A stretch of 64,000 bases of DNA, from the NCBI GenBank assembly GCA_951406725.2, contig OX597835.1, forward strand, positions 44,640,001 to 44,704,000, in the 5' to 3' direction. Every line of letters starts with the position of its first letter. The stretch's first letter is position 1. Source of the DNA: Octopus vulgaris (Eukaryota). The notes under the pieces are model-generated. The model saw only the letters and a program-made list of their open reading frames with translations. It was not told the DNA's origin and did not search any database. The position numbers were made by a program, and so were the translations under genes. Of this stretch, positions 42,227 through 55,537 are shown piece after piece.

Positions 42227-43040
42227 GCTCTCTCTCCCTCCGTTTCGGTCTCGTTCTCTTCGTCTGTCTCTCTATTTTCCCCTCTGTATTTTACTTCCGC
42301 TGTCTGTTCCTCTCTTTCTCTTTCTCTCGCTCTGTGTCTCTAGTTTTATACTGTTTCTATCTTTCTGTCTGCCTCACTATATTGTGTGTCTGTCTGTCTC
42401 TGTCTCTGTCTCTCTCTCTTCCCCTTCTCTCCCTCTTTCTCTCTTTGCCTGTCTCTTTATCCTCCTCTCTCTCTCTCTTTCGCATTTCGTATCATCAACA
42501 GTCAGACCAGACTGGGTCAAACACTTACAAGTTCATCTCTCCCAGATAATCCTTCCACGCTAATCTCGCTTCTCTCTCTCAAACACTCAAACATCTATTC
42601 TTATTACGTTGCTATTAGATTCTCATTCCTCTTCTACTGCACTTATTATCGTTGTTGTTGTTGCTGTTGTTGCTACAATTGTTCTTTTTCTTCTCACATC
42701 CTCCTTTCCTTCCTCCACACTTCCACGTCTTCTTCTTCTTCTTCTCCTTCTTCTTCTTCTGCTGCTGCTGCTTCCTCTTCTTCTTCATCTTCTTCTTCTA
42801 CATCTTCTTCTTCATCTTCTTCTTCATCTTCATCTTCTTCTTCATCTTCACCTTCATCTTCATCTTCTTCTTCTGTTGCTGCTGCTTCCTCCTCCTCCAC
42901 CTCCTCTTCTTCTTCTTCTTTTTCCTGTTTCTTCTTAAACCACCACCACCGCCGCCGCCATCTCCACCGCCGCCGCTGCTGCTGCTGCTACTACTACTAC
43001 TTCTACTACTACTACTACTACTGCTACTACTACTACTACA
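41810..43040. repeat. (CT)-rich polypyrimidine tract followed by a trinucleotide mosaic (TTG/TCT/CCG/CTG/CTA)
   Basis: Seen directly. Confidence 0.9.
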
Positions 43041-43109
43041 AGTAAAGCATTCAGTTTCCGTTCGCCTGTATCGTATATTCTTCTTATTGCTCCTGTACTA
43101 CGCATAATC

Positions 43110-43520
43110 TTCTCCTTATTTGCCAAGAAGAAGAGATAAGGTGGCTTATCCAGAGGCATGACACAATTGAGACTTCTATACGCTGGAAGCTGTGCCTGAA
43201 CTACGGAGTGACAACAGAACAAAGCGGTAGGTATGATGGTATATACCAGAAAAGATCTCAGAAATTGACAAAGCAACCATATTCTAGGATGTGACAATAC
43301 ACACAGATAGAGAGATGAGGGATAATTGTTCACATATCGTTCTCACGGACCACCAAGAGGAGATGTCTTCTAATCGAAGTATTAGTCCCAGAAGATGGCA
43401 TTGTATCTCTATAAGAAACGGAGAAACCATAAAAATAGAAAGATCTGGAAAACGAGATAACCCAAATGTGGAGCCTGAAAACATAAGCAAACCCTTTATC
43501 AATAGGTGTATTGGTGGTGA
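43110..43520 (+). mobile_element. Decayed R4/Dong-like RLE fragment
   Basis: IQRHDTIETSIRWKLCLNYGVTTE, KATIF*DVTIHTDRE and DLENEITQMWSLKT, homologous to 33580-34107. Confidence 0.75.
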
Positions 43521-43580
43521 GTAAATAGCATACAGGTAAACAGAAAACCGAAACACCAAGATTACGAATATATATAATAT

Positions 43581-43810
43581 ATTTCTTTATTGCCCACAAG
43601 GGGCTAAACATAGAGGGGACAAACACGAACAGACAAAGGGATTAAGTCGATTACATCGACCCCAGTGCGTAACTAGTACTTTATTTGTCGACCTCGAAAG
43701 GATGAAAGGCAAAGTCGACCTCGGCGGAATTTGAATTCAGAACGTAACGGCAGACGTAATAGGAATAAGCATTTCGCCCGGCGCGCTAACGTTTCTGCCA
43801 ACTCGCTGCC
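43581..43810 (-). mobile_element. SINE family C, full length
   Basis: Reverse complement of 32801-33029. Confidence 0.85.
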
Positions 43811-43829
43811 TTTTGATATATATATATAT

Positions 43830-44175
43830 AGAATAGTAGAGACGTCAGACTCTCTACCAAATGAAGTTTGGTGAATGCAATCGTCTTCCCAATAGCAACA
43901 TATGGATGCGAAACCTGGACACTAAAGGAATCTGACCAGAAGAGAATTAATGCATTCGAGCTTTGGTGTTGGAGAAGAATTCTGCGGATTCCATGGACAG
44001 CGAGGCTTACCAATGGAGAATTTCATAACCAGATCAAGCCGAAACTGTCGTTAGAAGCTAGGATCACCAAGCATAGATTGACATATTTTGGTCATATGCG
44101 GAGAAAATCACTGGAAAAGGACATCATGCTCGGAATGGTCAGTGGCAAGTGAGGAAGAGGCTGACCAAGAACCCG
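43830..44175 (+). mobile_element. RTE (BovB-like) LINE 3' ORF fragment
   Basis: LVNAIVFPIATYGCETWTLK...INAFELWCWRRILRIPWT...LTYFGHMRRKSLEKDIMLG...G*PRTR. Confidence 0.85.
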
Positions 44176-44196
44176 TATATATGTATGTATATGTAT

Positions 44197-45115
<919 letters not shown>

Positions 45116-45121
45116 CCCCCC

Positions 45122-45180
<59 letters not shown>

Positions 45181-45190
45181 TATATATATA

Positions 45191-45537
45191 CAGTGTGCAT
45201 TTAAACACATAAGAGATGAGCATCATAGGAGGCCTAGCACGCTCGAAAGAGCAGCCAAAATCTAAAACACTATTACGGATAAATTTTTCAAAGGAACGAA
45301 AAGTAAAAAAATCCTTTACCATCTATCTTCTGGACCATGGTTTCGAACTCCAATTAGCAAATAAAGTAATTTAAATTTAAATTACTAATTAGAGTTCGAA
45401 ATTAGAGTCCAGGATAAAGATGGTAGATGTTTTTATCTTTCATTCCCTTTAAAACTATAAACCGTAATAGTGGTTTGTATTTTGGCTACTCCTTCTAGAG
45501 TGTTAGGGATCCTGTGATGGTCACCTCTTATACACTG
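45191..45537. mobile_element. Diverged foldback MITE with Tc1/mariner-type ends
   Basis: TA|CAGTGT...ACACTG|TA; imperfect inverted arms along the whole length, apex near GTAATTTAAATTTAAATTAC. Confidence 0.65.
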
Positions 45538-46361
45538 TATTTATATGAATAATATATAGTCTATTGGCTAGGTTTTTACATGCTAGACTACTGGTAGTAA
45601 AAATTTCCAAAATTCTTCCTACACTGATATATGTGTGTGTGTGTACGCAAGGGTGTACGTAAGTACATATGTATGTATGCATGTATGAATATATATATAA
45701 ATATTTGTGTGTGTGTGTATACACGGAGGTCTGCGACAGAGATGCCGACTACCAAATTTGCACAGAAGGCAAAGGACTAACGTATTTTTCGGAAAAAAGC
45801 TTATCAGAGCAGAAATCCTTAAACTTACAAAGTTTCCTCTTACGCAGAGTTATTAACAACGGCTGCTATATCTTGCATTGACATCTCTCCGACTGCAAGT
45901 CATTTTATTCGATTGATATTCTATAGCGTCCAGTGTGAAATAACCTCTTACATTTTCGTTGATAAAATGATTTAGATTCACGTCTTTCAATCTTCTGAAA
46001 TAATTTGTACGTTTATTATTCATCGAGCCATACATTTTAGATGCCCAATATTCCTGGGAGTGTCGCTGAAACAGAGTCGTCAAACACATCCGTAGGCTTC
46101 TATCAGTAGTAAATATTGATATAAATTATTCTTCTATGCAAATGATATTTGGCTGAGAATATTGTCAATCGCATTCATACTTAAATATACCTACCTACCT
46201 ACCTACCTACCTACCTACCTACCTACCTACCTACCTACATACCTACCTACATACCTACCTACATACATACATCCATACATACATTCATACATACATACAT
46301 ACATACATACATTCATGCATACATACATACATACATTCATACATACATACATACATACATT

Positions 46362-46422
<61 letters not shown>

Positions 46423-46423
46423 G

Positions 46424-46476
<53 letters not shown>

Positions 46477-46482
46477 ATATGT

Positions 46483-46798
46483 GGAGGCGCAATGGCGCAG
46501 TGGTTAGGGCAGCGGACTCGCGGTCATAGGATCGCGGTTTCGATTCCTAGACCGGGCGTTGTGAGTGTTTATTGAGCGAAAACACCTAAAGCTCCACGAG
46601 GCTCCGGCAGGCGGTGGTGGTGATCCCTGCTGTACTCTTTCACCACAACTTTCTCTCACTCTTACTTCCTGTTTCTGTTGTACCTGTACTTCAAAGGGAC
46701 GGCGTTGTCACTCTCTGTTTCACGCTGAATATCCCCGAGAACTACGTTAAGGGTACACGTGTCTTTGGAGTGCTCAGCCACTTACACGTTAATTTCAC
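46483..46798 (+). mobile_element. SINE with head H1 and tail T1
   Basis: GGAGGCGCAATGGCGCAGTGGTTAGGGCAGCGGACTCGCGG, B-box-like GGTTTCGATTCC. Confidence 0.85.
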
Positions 46799-47180
46799 AT
46801 ATATATATATGTGCATGTGTGTGAGTGTGTATGTATGTATATACAGATATTAATATTTCGTCGAGGATTGGCGATGCTAATAAACTAGTGTAAGGACGTA
46901 ATAATATACATAAGCTTCCGAATGAATCATCAGTCGTTTTCAGAGAGATAGCAAGAAATTGGAAATACAAACGAGAGAATAACTAAGCTGGGTGCTTCAT
47001 TGGCTTACAGCTGTTTCTGCTATCACGTGACATGCATTTATAGTTAAGTACTTCAGTATCACCCTACGGGTTCATGGAACTTCAAACATGAAATGAGGAG
47101 TATGGGAAAATATTTACGTTTATATATTTATATAGAAATGCATTACCAATGACAAAGCAAAAACGTATAGATGTTACAAG

Positions 47181-47225
<45 letters not shown>

Positions 47226-47226
<1 letters not shown>

Positions 47227-47556
47227 GGGGGGAGTACTCCGTCGGTTACAATGTCGAGGGTCCCCGCTAATACGATCAACGGAACAGCTTGTTCGTGAAA
47301 TTAGCGTGCGTGTGGCTGAGCATTCCACAGACACGTGTACCCTTAACGTAGTTCGCAAGGAGATAAATGGTGACACAGAGTGTGACAAGTGTGGCCGTTT
47401 TTTGAAATACAGGTACTACTCATTTTTGCCAGCTGAGTGGACTGGAGCAACGTGAAATAAAGTATCTTGCTCAAGGACACAACGCGTCGCCGGGAATCGA
47501 ACTCACAACCTTACGATCATGAGACGAATCCCCTACCTACCAAGCCACGCGCCCTC
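47226..47556 (-). mobile_element. SINE with head H2 and tail T1
   Basis: Head and core shared with 26400-26722; tail shared with 12930-13277. Confidence 0.8.
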
Positions 47557-48198
47557 ACATATATATATATATATCACGGGACTATCACTCAGACGCAGAT
47601 GCGCTCTGCATCGACAACAGATTGCATTCCCAGAATACAGAATGATACCCTTTAGTGAGCACATTGAGAAATGCGCAAAGCAACTACTACCACAATTTTT
47701 AATCTTCCCATTTTACCAATGTGCTATCGGAACACCAACACAGATTAGACTAAACAAGGAAACATTCTTCATTGAAAAGTACAAGCCATTCCAACATACT
47801 TAAATCAATCCAACATACTTATACAGAGAAATTCACTCCAAAGGAAGGACAAAAATTTTAAGCGATTATCTCCCTTACACCGGAAGAAATCATGTATTAC
47901 CTCCCCTTATTTGGAACTCTTCTCAACATAAACATAACGATAACTCTTCTCAACATAAACATAACGAAGTAAGAAATTTGAAAAGCTGAACGCGAAACCG
48001 GTCATTTCTTCTAAACTATGCCATTGTTAGAAAAAAATTGATAACATTCTTCAGACATATTGACTCAAATATATATTTTTTAACCTTTTAAAACAAGCCT
48101 TCTGTAGTTTTTCACAACCACTTATTACTATTTTCTATATATTCAACCACGTGCTTTCACAAACCAACTTTCTCATCTATATATATATGTGAAAGCGT

Positions 48199-48254
<56 letters not shown>

Positions 48255-48402
48255 TATTCTTTTACTTTTTTCACTCATTTAACTCCGGCCATGCCGGGTA
48301 CCGCCTTTAGTCAAGCAAATCGCTTCCAGGACTTATTCTTTGTAAGCCTAGTACTTAATCTCTCGGTCTATTTTGGCGAGCCGCTAAGTTAAGGGGTCAG
48401 AA

Positions 48403-48438
<36 letters not shown>

Positions 48439-48440
<2 letters not shown>

Positions 48441-48895
48441 TTCAGATTAATATGGTACTTAAGTTAAAGGCACCAGAATTTGGTATGGTATTATCCATAT
48501 AAATCAAATGGGGTGATTATAATCAAAATAAGCAACAAGGATATCCAAAGGTTGTGTAGTACAATCGTTTCATGCTACTTCGTTTAATTAAACAATGTAA
48601 GTATTGAATCAGTTTTAAAATGTATAGCAATCTTCATCCACAATGAGTAAAGATCTTTTACTACCATGTTTTTACTGATGGAATTCACATCTTTGTCTAT
48701 ATACCTACTGTCTTTGTAATGTTGGCAAATGGAATAAATATAAAAACGAACATTGTCAATTTAATAAAAAATTCCATATGTGGATGAAGATTGCTCTACG
48801 TTTTAAAACTGTTGTAATACTTACATTGTTTAATTAATTGAAGTAGCATGAAACGATTGTACTACACAACCTTTGGATATCCTTGTTGCTTATTT

Positions 48896-48899
<4 letters not shown>
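48439..48899. mobile_element. Foldback insert in (TA)n: ~120-bp arms (48522-48642 / 48779-48899), 136-nt loop, one-sided tail
   Basis: ATCAAAATAAGCAACAAGGATATCCAAAGG... pairs with ...CCTTTGGATATCCTTGTTGCTTATTTTGAT. Only a weak HHR-like motif is present. Confidence 0.7.
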
Positions 48900-48957
<58 letters not shown>

Positions 48958-49141
48958 GATAGATCGTTAGCCACTACACACATTATTTTCTCTCCTTGTT
49001 TTTCTGTGGTTCTTTCTGTAGAAGAGCGTAGGCTCGAAACGTAAACGACTTTTTCTATTCCTGAGCGTTATACTAATACATCTGATTGTTTTGTACACCA
49101 CCTGTCTTCGTCTTTCGTTTATTTTCGTAAACTTTCCCTTT
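48958..49141 (+). mobile_element. PLE-like pLTR fragment with a minimal HHR-like motif (49011-49048)
   Basis: TCTTT-CTGTAGA-A-GAGC(GTAG)GCTC-GAAA-CG-TA-AACGA; same family as 44449-44667. Confidence 0.6.
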
Positions 49142-50538
49142 ATACATACATATATATATATATATATAATTTTTTTTTCATTTTATCTAGTTTCAGCTCA
49201 CGAGCTGTGGCCATGCTGGGGCACCGCCATTCATATATATATATATGTATATTCGCTCATACTTATGAGTAGCCAAATTGTAACTTAAATGTGCATCGCT
49301 TACTGCTTCACAGAATTAAAATCACGGTGGCCAATCCTTCAGACGGCTTGGACTTGGAGCGATATTTATTGCCTTTTCGTCCATTAATATCTTAAAGATA
49401 ATACAGACTGGATAATGTCAATTACAACAATACATTCTACGGCAATCAATCCGTAACTTCATTAAAGTGTTCGACAGAGTCAATTTTCTTTTGTGTCTCG
49501 TTAGCCGAGTTACTACTGCATAAGGCAAATTAACTGACAACAAACCCGTGACATCCATCCGAATCACCAACACTTTTATTCAGTCAACCAATACCTTTTA
49601 TTATCCACGATCTAATGACCCACGACATGACCTCACAATTTGCCAACTCATAGTCTATTCTTGCATCGCGTCATTGATTTCCAATTTGAATTCCTGCCTC
49701 CGTCTTTTCACTTACGCTTAACTTGTAACCGATAGCTCTTAACTTTTCCTTTTAGTTTTCGCAGTCAATTTTAACTTGTTGGAAATCTATTGAAACCACT
49801 ATAAAACCATCACAATTAAATTTTATAACCATATTCTTGAATGAATTAATATTACACTTTTTTTTTGCCACATTTCCTTTCTATTCCATAAGATTTGATG
49901 TGATTCACATATGGAAAAGCGATAAGTGCTCTTTCCTCTTCTAAGTCTGCATACATTTCCGTTTGTAATTAGAATTTTCGTAAGAATACAATTAAACTTA
50001 TTGCTGACAATAGCACCGCCTTAACAATCAGCTGTGAAATATGCCTTCCCTGATATTGATTTTTCTGTTTGGAAGTTCCATGATCGGAAATCTAATGTGG
50101 CGTCCAATTATACAAGTATATAGACTTAAAAAAAGAGATTATGGAAGTTACAATTTATGAGACTTTCATTACACTTAATATAATGGTATTGATCTACTGT
50201 TCATATGGATAGAGTTTCTGTTGTGGTTAACGTTCTTTTAGTCGCCGTTGACGTTTTAGTAACTAATGCAGTTTTATGGTGTCCTGTTATTCGTTTATAG
50301 TGTTTCAATGCGGCCATGCTGGAACACCAGATGCAAGGTTTGAAATGTATGACGGGAAAGGAAAAAGAAACCTGTTAGAATGGTTTGTATTTATCGACAT
50401 GTTCAGCAGAGCGTTTAAGGCAAAAAGACCGCATTTACACACATAAATGTAAACGCACGCGGTGAGCCAGATCGCGGATACAAAAACACACACCATGACG
50501 AACGCAGACATTTCGTTACACAGATGTATATAGAGGGA

Positions 50539-50587
<49 letters not shown>

Positions 50588-50787
50588 TGTGTATGTATAT
50601 GTCTATATGTACGTGTGTGTCTCTGTGTGTGTGCGTGCACTTCCTTATCTAACAAGCTATCTATCTATATACATATATATATTCATATATATATATATAT
50701 ATATATATACGTATGTATATATATATGTATATTTATATGTATGTATATATATATACGTATGTATATATATATATGTATATTTATATG

Positions 50788-50833
<46 letters not shown>

Positions 50834-50841
50834 CATGTATA

Positions 50842-50909
<68 letters not shown>

Positions 50910-52835
50910 TAATCCAAACAAGAAAGCACAAAAACAACACAACAACGCGAGGACGTGGTACAAATATAGTATTATTGGACGCTCAGGAATACATTTTTTC
51001 TCATTTTTCTCATCTCCTTCCTCTTTTCCCCCTTCATCTTTCTCCCCTTCCTTTTCTTCCTCCTCCCTCTTCCTCTTCTTCTTTAATCCACACACCCTCC
51101 TGACATAATCTCTACCCCATTTACTCATCCCATAACCATACATTTTGTTATTTTTTTTGTTTCCTCCCAACGTAAGCACCCCCCACAAAAAAATAAACAA
51201 GATCTGGAAAATGTACAAGTCGCAGCACACTCTTGATGCCAGTCTGAAGAAGTACCTCTAAAACCGCAAACATTACGTAAATTTTCACTTCGAATTTTTG
51301 CAGAAGCCGGCGTTGCAAATAGAATTTGCGCAGTAACAATTGCAACGAATCATTAATGATGTGTTACAGAATTTTCTTTGTCTCCTTGTCATTTGTATCC
51401 ACACACACACACACACACACACATATACGTATGTACATGTTCTTTTTCCCTTTAATGTTTCTCTTTATTTTACTTATGTTAATCCCTGTATTGCAGCTTT
51501 GCTCGGCAACCAGATCGCCTTCAAGCGTTTTCAGCGAACGTTTTTATGTTTGAAGTCTGTAAATTGGCAAACTGCTATATTACAGGGACGTCAATACACC
51601 TTAACTTGTCATCAATTGTTGTTGTTGTTGTTGTTAGTGTTGGCGGGGCACAGCCACAAGTAGAAAGGGGCGCACACACTCAGTACGAACTTAAATGCTA
51701 CCCAGTTCATTCACAGGGAATAGATCAGCGCGTAGCCACAGTACGAATCACTCCCCAATCTTCTGCAAGATGGCACTGAACTCCCAAAGCGAGCTTCTTA
51801 ACCACACGACCATATATGTATTTCTGTACAGTTTGTGTTGCAAATTACTTTCGTGTGGTAATAATATTAAAAGAGTCAAAGTTCTTAAATGCGTCAATGT
51901 TTTTAACTGATTCTATCACGTATAGGAAATACCATCTCATGTATATTTAGTTGACAAAACATTGCTGTGAGTTATTTAGCCTTCAGCTATATTGTTCATG
52001 AACTATTAACGTGCAGTGTGTCGTTTTATGAGGTTACAATATGTGCCTGAGAAAATGCAGTGTGATGTGTTTCGATGTTTAATCAACTACATCAGGAATT
52101 TAATTTACATTTAGATGTAAATTAAATTCACGATTATGCAAAGCCCTGGAAGCTATCAAATAGAATTTGCTACAGCACTCATCCTATCGTCGACACCTTC
52201 AAAGCTTACTTTAACTCGTGCGCAAGAATTCCTGATGTAGAATATAATAGAAGCAAACAAATGCACAACAATTTCTGTTATTCGCTTTATACAATCAAGA
52301 TTTTTAGAACACCGTGTTAAGAGCACCAACAGTCATTCACCGAAACTCTTTGCTACAATTCTATTTTGTATTTTCAAGGGTACACTTTAATAACAGAGCC
52401 GCTAATAAAGGCAGTTGACATGTTTTGGTGGGAAATAAATTTTCTAAATTAATCAAAGTTCATTAATAGAATAGCTGTGAAAATATTGTGTAATAATTAG
52501 TTGAGCTGATGTCGTAATGACAGGATTCTAATCAAGACAAATAGACAATGTAATGATGATGCAGGTATTTAAGTGAAGCTAAATTTCATTAAATATTTTA
52601 AGCATTCTCTTTAATAATTGTCATTAACTGGGATTCTGCAATATTGTTAATTCATTTACTCGCACTGTAACAGCTTCCTTATCGTGGAAATGATCAAATA
52701 AAAACGACACACATTTTGCATCTCTTTCTTTAGTAATCTCTTGATTGCTTAGGGGGGTTGACTTTTTGCAAAGAACACGCTGATGCAAATGATAGCAGTT
52801 GAAAGCACCGGATACCACATGCTACCAAAATTATG

Positions 52836-53083
52836 CAGTCATTAGGAGAGAATGTGCGACGTTTCAGGACCTTTCTCTCGACGGATGTATTGCGCACTGG
52901 CACCACTCGCTTCGATGAGACCCCTCTTGGCAGATCTTCTCGTTAGTAGCTTTCGATCCAGTCATCAAGAGAGAATTCGCGCCGTTTCGGGACCTTCCTC
53001 TCGAAGCTATTATTGTGCACCTGCTGAACTCGCTTAGATGAGACCCCTCTTGCTAGACCCTCTGGTTAGTAGGTTTCGCTCAA
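52836..53083. repeat. Diverged tandem dimer with a ~123-bp unit
   Basis: CAGTCAT..GAGAGAAT..CGTTTC.GGACCTT.CTCTCGA..ACTCGCTT.GATGAGACCCCTCTTG..GTTAGTAG occurs at 52836 and 52959. Confidence 0.85.
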
Positions 53084-53269
53084 TATTCTTCTAAACATTG
53101 CACATCGTCATTTTATAACCAAATCCACTAACTTGCCTTTTCCACATTACTAAAACTGAAACGGGTAGTCCTTACAAAAAGTTCATTTTCTTCGCTCGTT
53201 GGAAGATATAAGTTTGATATCCTTATCTTTTTTTATTTTCTACTTGAGGAACTTTTAGGCGACTGAATC

Positions 53270-53565
53270 GACGCCACTTTTTAAGCCTCCTATATCCCTA
53301 CTAATTTATAGGGACGTAAACACGCCAACATCGATTGCCCAACGGTGATGTGGGACAAACACAGATGCAAACACACACCCCGCATACACACACAATCACG
53401 TATACACATTCACATATACACGACAATTTTCTTTCAGCTTCCGTCGTTGACCAAAAAAGCTTTAGTGCTTTCGAGGCTGTAATAAAAGACACTTCTCGAA
53501 GTTGCCACGCAGTGATACTGAACCCGGGACCATGAGGTTTGAAAACAAATTTCTTACCACACATC
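53270..53565 (-). mobile_element. Diverged SINE family B
   Basis: GCCACGCAGTGATACTGAACCCGG and GGGACGTAAACACGCCAACATCG match family B in reverse. Confidence 0.7.
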
Positions 53566-53827
53566 CACGTTTTTTAACACGATTGCATTGAGCTTAGTGA
53601 GAAAATATATTTTAACATTCCTTGTTCTCATCACACCGCGAACTAATATATCACCCTTAACGACAACGCCTTATTCAATCCGCCAATCTTGGAATTTTCT
53701 TCTCCTTTAATGTGATAATTTGATATTTTAGTTGCGGTTGATGCTACTAGATTTTGCTTCGGAAAATAATGAATAATTTGAACAAGAACAACAACAGAAG
53801 TAGCAGCAGCAGCGGCAGCAGCAACAG

Positions 53828-53896
<69 letters not shown>

Positions 53897-54787
53897 CGAA
53901 AATAACAACAACAAAGCAGAAGTAATAATAACGCAACAATGAGAATGACAACAGCAAAATGCTCTAAAATCATAGACTTGTCATATCTTGTTAACCTGTG
54001 TTAACGCCCAATAATGAGTTGCTAATTTGCAAATTTGATAATGACTTTTAAATGAAGGGTTTTAATATAAAATGCTGTCATTCGATATTATTGCAAAATA
54101 CGTTTTGCGACTTATGTTAATCTCTTATTCATTGATTATTATTTTTTTTTGCTTAAATTTAAGTGACTTTCATAATATGATATTGAAGGGAGATTTTCAT
54201 TTAAATTCCATTCCGTGTCGGTGCAAAACCTAACGGGTATAACAGCAAATACGCCTGTCATGGATTTGCAATCAAAAACAAAAGAGGCACTATCATTAGC
54301 TTGTGAAAGATGCTGTTTTTATGCGGTGGTTAGATCAGTTCTTTTGCAGAAAAACGTATCATTAAAGCCAGTGAAGTTACAAGCAACGCATTTGTTTCAG
54401 TGACGTTATAGTATTATTTAACACTAGTGTGGCTACTATTTCTAGAAAATATTCTCACAAACTAAAGTCCTCTTGTTGCATCGTTTGTCATACTTTTGCT
54501 GTAGTTTTTGTTTCGATTTTTTTCCTAAGCCTGCTTTAAGGAAATGAAAATAAAATTGCAGTTGTCCCAGCCATAATATTCACATCTCGTTTTTCGGTAT
54601 TCTAAATATTGGTCTACATTATTAGTTTCACCTGTTTTTGAGTAAGTATGATATATTTGAAGGAGAATTGAGCCCTAGTTCGAGTTAGTCCAGCAACAAT
54701 TAAGGGAAGCCCTCTTTGGCTAGATGTGTAGTAGCGTATGGAAAGGTAGTGAGGAGCAGACGTGTAACATATTGTTAGTACAGAGCG

Positions 54788-55079
54788 TTATAGTCGTGAT
54801 TCATTTCGAGCCCTTCTGGGTATTAGCCCGCGTTTACGATGAGTCTACGATTAAAAAAAAATTACCATCGATTTTTCCCATTTTTAATGCACTTTTGGCA
54901 TATATAAGGGATGTAACTCTCTAAAAATTTATTATTAAATCTCAGAACGTAAAAAGCTACAGTAACCCCCCTCCTTTGTGGTTAGCCATATTGAGATGGC
55001 TATTATACTTTACATCTCTAAAAATGCTTATATAGTTATTTCCCTTACAAACCCGAGCAACGCCGGGCGATACTGCTAG
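54788..55079 (+). mobile_element. Non-autonomous Helitron (5' end missing), same family as 6104-6617
   Basis: Shared TTATAGTCGTGATTCAT...GATGAGTCTACGAT block and 3' end CCCGAGCAACGCCGGGCGATACTGCTAG|T. Confidence 0.85.
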
Positions 55080-55351
55080 TTTATTATAACACTGTATTCA
55101 TACTTATTCTTCAATAGAACAGCATCGATGGCTTAGAGATGGGCGTTTTACAAGCGTGGTATACATGTGAATGTAATACAAAGTCCTTACCTGTAAATGA
55201 ACAGTCTCCTTGCCATACGAGAACCCAGGTGAGAGTGATTTAAAGGAGATCCTGTTTAAATTTTCCAATTATTCTGCTACTTTACACATTATTGTATGGT
55301 TATCTACATTACAGTTTTGTGGTACGAATATATTCTAGCCTTCGGTTGATA

Positions 55352-55537
55352 ATGTTTTCTAATTTTGGCACAGGGCCATCTATTTTGAAGGAATGGGGCA
55401 GTCGATTACATCATACCCGGAAAGGATGAAAGATACAGCTGGCTACGGCTGAATTTGAACGCAGAACGTAAGGGGACGGAGGAAACGCCGCTAAGCAATT
55501 TGTCCGACGTGCTAACGATTCTATCCGCTCACCGCTT
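55352..55537 (-). mobile_element. Diverged, deleted SINE family C
   Basis: GAAAGGATGAAAG, GAATTTGAAC.CAGAACGTAA and GCTAACGATTCT match family C in reverse. Confidence 0.7.

Noticed and set aside
42694-42900. Acidic poly-E/D ORF on the minus strand
   Set aside because: It is a (TCT/TCA)n trinucleotide mosaic with no flanking coding context.
46855-47165. TA-flanked insert with GAAACAGCUGUA on the minus strand (similar motif at ~6055-6070)
   Set aside because: Palindromic stem III-like half only; the first core box and stem II could not be placed convincingly.
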